Shown here piece by piece: positions 51,518-64,000 of a DNA stretch of 64,000 nucleotides (its first letter is position 1; each line of letters starts with the position of its first letter). This DNA is from Chlorokybus atmophyticus. Lineage: Eukaryota > Plantae > Mesostigma and Chlorokybus algae. Below the pieces are notes generated by a model. That model searched no databases. It saw only the letters and a program-made list of their open reading frames with translations, and was not told the origin of the DNA. Made by a program: the position numbers and the translations under genes. The stretch lies in assembly GCA_009103225.1 (NCBI GenBank), contig RHPI01001965.1:139114-203113 (forward strand). The letters are read 5' to 3'.

Positions 51518-52440
51518 ATGCACATGCTTACAAGACGTTTGCGTTCGTCCTGTCGGGCCGTGCTATCTGTTGGTATCTCCATGTTGCATATAAACGACAC
51601 CAAGTATGTGCGCGTACGTTCGTGCACGCGCATGTGTTGACACTCACTTTCTCAGCCGCAGTGGTTGCATCACGGCAACAGTGGCTAGTACTGCTCAGCG
51701 TGACCTAATTGCATTTCGCAGAGGGAGCTGATGCTTTCATCCGTGGCGGTCGCCACTCTTCCATTGCTGCCGCCTCTGATGGGCCTCAGCAGCTACAACC
51801 TCTTCCCAACCACCGACATCCAAGACGTATGCATGCGGCGAGGTGTTGCTCCAGACCAAGATCATGCTTCCCTTGCGTTTCATCTGTTCGCTCAAAGTGC
51901 ATTGTCCCATTGCACAACAGGTTGAGATAGCGCTGGGCAGCACAGACGGCGCACTCGCGTTCAACCCAGCAGAGATCCGCCTAAAAGCGGGCAGGCTCTA
52001 CCGACTGCAGCTGAAGAACCCTTCCTCGCAGACTCACTACTTCACCGCACTGGAGTTTGCGGCCAAAGCCTATACGTGAGCGGCAATAAGGCAACGCATA
52101 TCTGCCTCGTAACTGGTACGAATTGCGTGCCACGCATGCAGGGTGCTGGTGCTTGCTGGGCAGCCTGCTGTGGAGATCAAAGGCTCCGTGTCCGAGGTGG
52201 CACTCAAGGGAGGCGCCTCAGCAACTTGGATACTGGTACTGGGACCAGCACTGAGTATAGATAGACATTATTGTTAGTAGTATAGATAGACATTGTTATT
52301 ACGGGATGATTGTTGCAAGTTGCTCACGCCAAGGTGTTGCTCAGGTGCCCATGAAGCCGGGCAAGTACCCGCTCAAGTGCACAGTAAAGGGCCACACTGA
52401 GGCGGGCATGGTCGGGTCCATCATTGTCAGCGAGCCTTGA
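51518..52440 (+). CDS. Blue-copper cupredoxin-domain protein, probably targeted to the thylakoid lumen (start uncertain)
   Basis: RELMLSSVAVATLPLL (Tat-like hydrophobic segment) | VEIALGSTDGALAFNPAEIRLKAGRLYRLQLKNPSSQTHYF...| PGKYPLKCTVKGHTEAGMVGSIIV; His plus Cys-x4-His-x4-Met ligand set. Confidence 0.85.
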
Positions 52441-53068
52441 TAGGTGGAATCCGAATGACGATGTAACATACTGAAGGCTAGGTGCATATGCTTTTTGTAG
52501 TATTTACAATGCCAATTTGGTAAAAGAGGTATTGCAAATACTACCAATATTGTAATCAGCGGTAGTGTTTTGCTTTCGACAGGTCAGCCAACGTGCACTC
52601 AGCTGAACTGCGGTTGCAGCTTGCATGCAAGGTCAAGTCAAGGTCCATCCATATGAGCACGTGTATGTGCATTTGGTGTCTGCGAGCTGTGGTTGTCCTG
52701 TCTTGAGATATACACTCATGGTCACTAGCGTGCTTTTGTGTTAGTTAGTTAGTTAGTTAGTTGACTGTTGCGAATCTTCTGTGCGTGCATGCGTTCACTG
52801 ATTTAAACACAAGGCTACTCGTGCTCTCGTTTGCAAAGAGTGTGTGTTCTGATGCATACTCAATCAGCACAACGTATGTTTGCAGGCTTACTAGCCAGGC
52901 AGGCAATGAGCAGAAACATAAGCTTCAATGCACTGTTGTACAAGGCAGTGCAGTCAGTTCGGTACTGTCTTGCACTGGGCTATCCCTACTGTTGCTAAAC
53001 TACACTGCGGAACACACTGCCAGCTTACAACCATTCTTCTTGCAAAGGTGCCGTTTCTAACATCTCAC

Positions 53069-53706
53069 TTAGTGAATGGCAATGTCCGTTGTCTTGGGCG
53101 GTTCCTCCTGGTGCTTCTGCACAGAGACGGTCAGGACGCCGTTCTCGTGCTTGGCGGTGACCTTGCTGGGATCGGTGTTCTGAGGCAGCTTGAATGCGCG
53201 CTCAAAGCGGCCATAGTTCCTCTCCATTCTGTGCCAGTTGTCACCCTCCTTCTTCTCCTCCTGCAGGGGAAAGCACATAGCTTTCAGCACACATTGCGGC
53301 AGCCAGCAGAACGTAGTAGTAGAGACTCATCTGCATGCACACTCAACGACATCCGTGTCAACTTGACACGTTGACCACCTGTGTAAGAAGCACACATGCG
53401 TTCACGCACACGCACACACACATATCTACGACCTCCAACTTCTCGTCATACCTTCTTGCGCTCTCCGCTGATGCTGAGCACTCTCCCCTCCAGCACCTGC
53501 ACTTTGATGTCCTCCTTGTTCATGCCAGGGACGTCCGCACGGAACTCAAAGGCGTCCTTCTTCTCCACCACGTCTACACTGGCGGTAGGCAGGCGTGCCA
53601 CGGCGTTGGAGGCGGCGCCTCCGCGCAGAACGGCGTCCATGAGGCCTTCCATGTCCCGGGGCATGCCAAGCTCCCACTCCCGACCAAAGAAAGGTGACAA
53701 CGCCAT
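53069..53706 (-). CDS. HSP20: Small heat-shock protein I ('MALSP' subtype), 2 exons
   Basis: [21 protein letters not shown]...FEFRADVPG...ISGERKK | [28 protein letters not shown]...[12 protein letters not shown]. Confidence 0.96.
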
Positions 53707-54371
53707 GCTCGCTTAGCAGCAACGACTCGCACCAGTGCAAGAAATGCAACCGCAGACAGGCTTCCGTGCACCAAACTTGCAGCGGCGCTAAGGGCACACG
53801 TGAGCACACGAGATACTACGTCGACTCCACCCCAGAGCACTCCCCTGATTATATGTTCGCCGCCGCCGCCGCCGCTTCCAGAGCCATGTCTGTGTCAGTC
53901 TGTCTTTGTGCAGTGCAGTCCAGACCCGAAGCTTCCGGTCAGTTCCTGACCTCAGTGAGACTAACCGCGCGGAACGCAGAACCTTCACGATCCGGGACAC
54001 CCTCGACGGGTTCAAAGCAGTGTCTTAACGGTGTTACAACTTTGACCGCGGTCCCGAAAACTCCAGACGGAGTCCGTCGCAGTCATGAAACTGCAGCTCC
54101 GGTGGGGGAAGCTTAACGGCGCCTTGGTTAGTTGGCAACGAATAGAGAGAGAGAGCGCGGGAGCCTTCCACAGCATTCTGCCTAAGCCTTCCCACGTGAG
54201 CCAGACCTCTCTGGACGGCGGCGGCGGTGGCACAGTCCAGGGTATAAGTATAGCCAACCTGTGCAGCGGGGGTGGTAGGCAGATACCAGTGTTCGTAGCG
54301 CTCTCGGCGACTTGTGCGCGTGTGCAGCCTGCTCTAATTAGCTGTCAAGCGGCCTCTCAGCAATCATATCC
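53707..54371. promoter_or_regulatory. Bidirectional sHSP promoter 3
   Basis: TATAAT on the minus strand near 53848-53853; GAAgcTTC near 53928-53935; GGTTAGTTG 54126-54134; CACGTG 54193-54198; TATAAG near 54243. Confidence 0.78.
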
Positions 54372-55009
54372 ATGGCGCTGTCTCTGTTCGCCCCAAGCAT
54401 GTGGGAGCTCGGCATGCCCACCAGCGACTTGGACCAGCTCCTCAGCGCCGTGCTGCGCCCTGCGCAGGAGAGCGGCAGCCAGGTCGCGCGCATGCCTACC
54501 ACCTCCGTGGACGTGGTGGAGAAGAAGGACGCCTTCGAGTTCCGTGCGGATGTGCCTGGCATGAAGAAGGAAGACATCAAGGTGCAGGTGCTGGAGGGGA
54601 GAGTGCTCAGCATCAGCGGAGAGCGCAAGATGGTATGTTGATGGAGTTGCATGCAGTCTATGTGTGCGTGCACGTGTGTATGCCATACACATCCGGGATG
54701 TGCGGGGATGCATGTGGGCGCGTGTGTTTCTTGTGTTGGCTATTAGTTACTGTGCATGCGTCTCTACTGCTTGCTGGCTGAATCAATGCGTGCTGAGACG
54801 TCTGCCTTCCACTGCAGGAGGAGAAGAAGGAGGGCGACAACTGGCACAGAGTGGAGCGCAGCTACGGCCGCTTCGAGCGTGCATTCAAGCTGCCGCAGAA
54901 CACCGATCCCAGCAAGATTACCGCCAAGCATGAGAACGGCGTCCTGACCATCTCTGTGCAGAAGCGCCAGGAGGAGCCGCCCAAGACAACTGCCATCAAC
55001 ATCGAGTAG
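54372..55009 (+). CDS. HSP20: Small heat-shock protein J ('MALSL' subtype), 2 exons
   Basis: [23 protein letters not shown]...FEFRADVPG...ISGERKM | [28 protein letters not shown]...[12 protein letters not shown]. Confidence 0.96.
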
Positions 55010-55739
55010 AAGGCACTCAGCTGTATCTAGCGTTGTGAACAGGCTTGGGAACCATCAGCACTGAGCGTGTAGGCCAATGTCTTGTTTGCCAAGTGGACAT
55101 GCTGCCAATGTGTACAGTCGAATATGTAGTATCAAAGCTTTTTGTTTTTTCAAGACCTGTGTGTCTTGCACAGACTTGTCTTGTGCACCTGTCCATGTAA
55201 TTTGTACATGTGTTCTCCTGGCATGTTGCTACCTGTGCACGGCCGCACCAAACTCGCACTCACACAATGCAGCAGGAACTTGCCAGCGCGGAACTTTGCA
55301 ACTGTATGTGATGCCTTTGCTACACAAGTCACGCTGGCACACCATGTGGGCCCCAGCAACTCAGTTCCTGTGCTTGCATTCTTGCGTTTCCACACATGTC
55401 TTGAGTTGGACTGTTCTTGCGTGATGTCACAGGGCACCAAGCATGCTCACATGCTTACACTTTTGCATGGCGAGGCTATTGTGGCTGGAGTTCGTGGTCA
55501 GGTTCAACCAGCGGTGCATTACGCCAGCATTGGGCAAGCAGAGCAACTCGCACCCAAGCTGCTGCCAAGCTGCTGCATGCGTGCACTTGACGACGCGCAG
55601 AACTTGAAGGGTTGGTAGCTTTGTGTACACAAGCGACGAGGGGCTTCTTGATGCATCAGCACAGCAAGCCCACTGACAAAACATGTCCAACACACACGAC
55701 GAAGTTGACAACAATGCAGTCGAGTACGAACAACAGCTG

Positions 55740-58700
55740 CTACCTATCATCTAGGTCTACGTTGAGAGTGTTCCCCCTCAGGAACGCTGGATCAATGGAG
55801 TCTCTATGGAAGTCATCATGTTCTCTGTCCAACTGCGCCCTCGCCGCCGTGTACTTCTGCAGACTCACTTGTCCCTGCACCCTCTTCACCTGCGCCTTGG
55901 CAGAATCCGCTGTCGTGTCCGCCACCAGCTGCGCTTTGATCCCAGCAAGCTTGAGAGGCGTGTCGACGCGCTCGCGCTCGAGGGACGCCTTCTCGGCCTC
56001 CAACGCGGTCAGGGCGGTGAGGAGCTTGGCGCGTTTGGAGACGTCGGGGACGGCGCGGCTGCTGCTGCTGTCGGGCTTGGTGAAGAGGGAGGCCGTGTAC
56101 TTGGACGTCTTCGCCGCGTTGGCCTGCAGGAGAGAAGTGTGTAAGTTTGGGTGGGTGGATGGGTCGGCGTGTCCGTGTGTGCACGCGCAATTGCGCATGT
56201 ACGTGCGTGCATGTGTGTGTGCGCGTCTGTGAGACTGCGTGTCTGTGTGCAAGTGGCATAACGCGCGTGCGTATGTTTGTATACGTGCACGCGCATGGGT
56301 AAGTGCGTGTTTGTCCCTGTGCGTGCACGTGTCAGTGCAATCGCCCCACGTACATCGAGTAGGGGTTGTATGCGCGGTTGTCGCGCCTCCCACGCCCGCT
56401 CTTCCGCCTCCAGCTTATCCTTCCTGCGCGCCAGTCCCTCCTCCAGCGCAAGGGCCTCCTTGTACAGACGCGCGTGACCCGTCGGAGCGTTCGCTGCGTC
56501 CGCATCCAGGGCCGCAAGCCTGAGACACACGCGTGTAGTGTTGATTTCGCATGTGATGTGAGACAATGTCACAATGTACTACCCCTTCTTACTTGGCGAG
56601 GTAGTCCTGGTCCTGTGCTTTGGCGCGTGCGACGTGGGCGGCCCAGTCCTTGTCGCCGTAGCCGGGCGGCTTAACCCCGCGCTCGAGGTGCTCCTTCACC
56701 ACAGCCACGGACTGAGCCACAGCCTCCTCTTTCCCCAAACGCGGCTTGCTGCGTGCGTGAACGCATTATTGAAGTTCATCAACGAGTGTTGAGCACTACA
56801 GATATCCTTGATGGAGTGGACGGTGTGCACACCCACGCAAGCACGGTACCACATACCTTGCAGGGTGCTCTGCCGCCCTCTTCTGTGCAAACCTGTCACC
56901 CTTCCATGTACCCTGCAACAATACACAAACACACACACACCATCTCGTCAACCTCAGCACCCTACTTGCTGAGACAACAGCAACACAACCCTTACCGCGA
57001 CGGTCTTTCGTCGTACTGTATTGAACTCCTGCTCCTGCTGGTCGATGTCCCGCAGGCGTCCGACGGTGCTGCTCGTGCGGTAGAGTCGCGCGTCGGCGGC
57101 GGGCGTTTTCGATAACAGGAAGATGGCCGCGGGCTCGGGCTGAGCCCAAAGAGGGAACGCAAGCTGCCACAACTTCAAACGCTGACGAGACTGCGGACAC
57201 GGGTTGGTGTTAGTGGCAGCACCAACACACCTTCCCACAAGTCCGCATGCCCACAGCGATGCGTACTTGCTCGAGGCCTGCCATGGCGAACTGCTCCATC
57301 CACCACGACCGGCTCTGCGCGGGGAAAGACTCTTCCACCCACTGTAGTGCAACAACAACACCACCACATCGTGAGACTCACCCCAACACGTGTGCCCGTA
57401 CCCACTGGGTTGGCACCCCGCACGCACGCTTACCACAGGATTGGCCTCTCCTCCTCCCATCAGCCTCCTGCCTCTCCTCCTCCTTGCATCAGATGCAGTC
57501 ACCACATCCGAGTTGATCCCGCTCCCCCTATCCTGCGCGTAGTCCGTCACCTCCCTGATCGCGACGAGCACGTCCGCCCTGGAGACGCGCGCGAGCTCGC
57601 GCAGGACGGGGCCAAGGAGGGAGGGGGGGACGTTCTCCAGGAGGTTGCTGGCGATCACGAGGCCGAAGGAATCGGAGGGGTGGCCGAGGGAAGCCGGGGA
57701 ACCGGAGGCGAGGAGCTCCATCAATGACAGAGACTCGCACCTGCGGGGGAGGTGTAGGAAAGATCAGCGCTGTTCACGCCAGACAGGGCATGCAGAGTGG
57801 TGCGCGTACGCATGTGGCAGCGCGCGAGCGTGTGTGTTGGCATTGGCGCATATACGCTTGTGTGCCAGAGCGCACACTGTGTCTACGGATGCATGATGTA
57901 CCTCATGCAACAGCACACACCTTCTTATCCATGTATCCGACCCAGCAAACACCAACGTGCACACACACGCACGCTCGTGCACCCGCATGACGCCACGCCA
58001 CTTACATTTTGGGCAGAGGTAGTATGACGGGCGCGGGATCAATCCCATGCACGATCACTCCTCTCGCGTTCATATGCCATAGGAACCCGCACGCCTCTTC
58101 CCCGACATACAGCATATCCCCCGCATCTTCCCGATACACTTCCATGACCATGGGCACGACGGCGCAGGCGGTGGCGGGGCAGGCTGGCAGCGGCGGGGGA
58201 GGGGGAGGGGAGGGNNNNNNNNNNNNNNNNNNNNNNNNNNNNNNNNNNNNNNNNNNNNNNNNNNNNNNNNNNNNNNNNNNNNNNNNNNNNNNNNNNNNNN
58301 NNNNNNNNNNNNNNNNNNNNNNNNNNNNNNNNNNNNNNNNNNNNNNNNNNNNNNNNNNNNNNNNNNNNNNNNNNNNNNNNNNNNNNNNNNNNNNNNNNNN
58401 NNNNNNNNNNNNNNNNNNNNNNNNNNNNNNNNNNNNNNNNNNNNNNNNNNNNNNNNNNNNNNNNNNNNNNNNNNNNNNNNNNNNNNNNNNNNNNNNNNNN
58501 NNNNNNNNNNNNNNNNNNNNNNNNNNNNNNNNNNNNNNNNNNNNNNNNNNNNNNNNNNNNNNNNNNNNNNNNNNNNNNNNNNNNNNNNNNNNNNNNNNNN
58601 NNNNNNNNNNNNNNNNNNNNNNNNNNNNNNNNNNNNNNNNNNNNNNNNNNNNNNNNNNNNNNNNNNNNNNNNNNNNNNNNNNNNNNNNNNNNNNNNNNNN

Positions 58701-60108
58701 NNNNNNNNNNNNNNNNNNNNNNGGGGGTGGGGGGGAAGAGGAGGGAGGGCGGGAGGGAGGCGGTGGGGCTGTAGATGGTGTTGTTGTAGTTATTGCTGTT
58801 GAAACTGCAGATGGAACATGATTGAGCGTGAGCGCCTAGCAATGTGCGTGCGTGCACGTGCATGCTTGCGTTTGAGCAAGTGTGCTCTACTGCTGCAACG
58901 CACTTGTTGTGGTTCGCTTGCTGGCCTTGGTGTCTGCTGTTGTCGTTGCTGGTGAGCGTGCAATGCGCTCGTCACCACCATTTCCATCATTCTGCTGTTC
59001 TGTATCAACAACCTGCTACGCGTGTGTAAGTCGAGTTGAGCAGATTGAGTGGGGCGTTTGATTGACAATGGTACCAGAAAGGCACCTATTCATAAACCAA
59101 CCCGCTGAGCTTTTGCATTGAGCAACTTGCATGCACAGGACACCCACCTTCTGATTGTCAATCTGCTCGTCCTCTTGTCCCTCAACAGCCTCATGCACCT
59201 CTTCTTCTTCGTCCTCATCCTCCTCACCAGCCTCGTCAGCCTCTTGCTCAATCTCATTCTCTTCATCCTCCACCTCGACATCCTCAACATCAGTAGCACC
59301 CTCCTCATCCTCATCCTCATCCTCATCATCCTCGTCCTCGTCATCGTCGTCGTCATCATCACCACCCCGCCCCTCCTCCTCATCGACCTCCTCAGTGTCA
59401 CCGCCCTCGTCCTCGTCCTCCCCATCCTCAACGTCCTCAACAGCGGCATCCTCCATCCGCCCGGCGTCCTCCTCCCCATCAGCGTCATTGTCAACGGTGG
59501 CGGCAGCATCAACAACACCCCCCTTCTCATCCACTCGCTGTGTGTGTTCTCCTGCGCCCTGCATCAGCGAGCGCTCCGCCATGCGCACTGCGAGAGAGCC
59601 AAAGAGCACTGTTGATGTTTGTTGACATCGGACACAGTAATGAGATGCATGCACAGAGTGAGTCGGCCTGTAACCCTGCCACGAACGTATCCTCACCTTG
59701 TTCCACGTTGGACTGGGCTGTGACAGCAGCGCCCACGCCGCCATCGCGCCTAGCTTTTGCCGTGTACCCGACCCACAGCACCTGGACGAAGAGCCACAAG
59801 TGACATGGGTTCAACATGTATGTTGAGGGGCACTCCTGTGGGTCTGGTTCAATGCCAGTATGAGAGTGCAAAGCTGTTTCTACGGGCGGCTAAGACCACA
59901 ATCAGTGTGCAGACAAGCACGTCGTCCTCTTGCCATGGCATCACGGCATGCACATGCTTACACAGATGAGGAGCAGAGAGACGGCCACGGTGATGAGAGC
60001 TCCCCGCCTGCCACGCGTCCTGACTCCTGTCGCTAATCCTCCTGCGCCCGCCCGGCCGCCGCCGCCGCCGCCAAACAGCGGCCGCCTCTCCGTCATCCCA
60101 GACAGCAT
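55740..60108 (-). CDS. CGR2/CGR3-like Golgi type II SAM methyltransferase (putative pectin methyltransferase) with acidic and Pro-rich stem and coiled-coil tail; spans an assembly gap
   Basis: MLSGMTERR...GALITVAVSLLLIC|VLWVGYTA (signal anchor); D/E tract; SPPPP stem; CAVVPMVMEVY...MLYVGEEAC...VHGIDP...CESL...SFGLVIASNLLENVPP...VLRELARVS...QSRSWWMEQFAMAGLEQ...IFLL. These motifs are collinear with plant CGR2/3 as I remember them. Confidence 0.78.
58215..58722. other. Assembly gap (N run) flanked by G-rich sequence encoding a poly-Pro stem
   Basis: About 500 N with GGGGAGGGG-type flanks on both sides. Confidence 0.97.
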
Positions 60109-60525
60109 CAGGGGCGCAGCTGGTTCAATAATATGAGCCTCACAGCAGTGTGGCCCCTGTCCATGTCCATGTCCGTGTCCTCCTTGTCTCCATCTTTGCC
60201 ATAATTGTCCCGGCCCAGCAGCGCGTCCGCGGCGGCGGCGGTGATGCAGGCTGGGGGTGCAACGGCCTGGCCTGCCCGTGCGTCACGTGGGAAGTTCATG
60301 GCAAGTAGAAAAAGGAACGAAAAGCCGGCAGCAGTTAGTTAGTTGATGACTGTTGCCATCAAGCAACGGAAGCTGAGTTATGCTTCCGACGGCTGGCGCC
60401 TAACTAAACTTCCGTGCATGTCCATGTCCGCCTCGGCGTCGTTGCTGGCATCGCCGTAGTCGTGCTTGGCGGTGGCGGGGTTTGAGAGGCACCCTTGAGT
60501 CGGTTCCTCTTCTCTTGTCGCCGGC

Positions 60526-63827
<3,302 letters not shown>

Positions 63828-64000
63828 CAATGTTTATAGAGGTAGTGTAGTAATTTAAGCGGAAGACCATTGATGGCGTTTGGCATTGCAGGTTGGCATC
63901 TACCTTACAAGTAGGTGGTTTGCAATTGCAGGTTGCCATAATTCAAGCCAGTATGAGAACGGCAATTGTTGGCTGCTCAACTGCCCATACATGTCCGCAG

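Noticed and set aside
59090-59625. Overlapping poly-Ser, poly-Leu/Ile and Met/Arg-rich ORFs
   Set aside because: Alternative frames and the antisense strand of the D/E-rich exon of the CGR-like gene.
60108-60299. Upstream ORF whose stop overlaps the CGR-like ATG (TGATG)
   Set aside because: It may lie upstream of the TSS in a shared promoter; there is no evidence that it is transcribed.

Overview
Intron-rich nuclear DNA from a green-lineage eukaryote. It is most consistent with an early-diverging streptophyte alga. That is an inference from plant-type CGR, GET3d and SHPRH homologues occurring together with acetate kinases. No rRNA, tRNA, CRISPR or intact transposase was recognised. The dominant feature is a cluster of ten small heat-shock protein (HSP20/alpha-crystallin) genes, labelled A-J here. 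Eight form a mirror-image array, A<- B-> C-> | D<- E-> | F<- G<- H->, in which the A/B/C block is an inverted duplicate of H/G/F. A third head-to-head pair (I<- J->) lies about 28 kb downstream. Each of the three simple pairs joins one 'MALSP' subtype gene and one 'MALSL' subtype gene around a conserved bidirectional promoter with HSE, G-box and TATA elements. Copy B is decaying. Other genes: TMEM245-like (partial), ATG18, a CCoAOMT-like O-methyltransferase, two acetate kinases (putatively plastid and mitochondrial), proteasome alpha-5, SHPRH, a TyrP permease, a lumenal blue-copper cupredoxin, a greatly extended CGR2/3-like pectin methyltransferase, GET3d (ArsA plus HSP20-like domain) and three unidentified genes. 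All exon structures were assembled by eye, and family assignments come from remembered motifs, not database searches.
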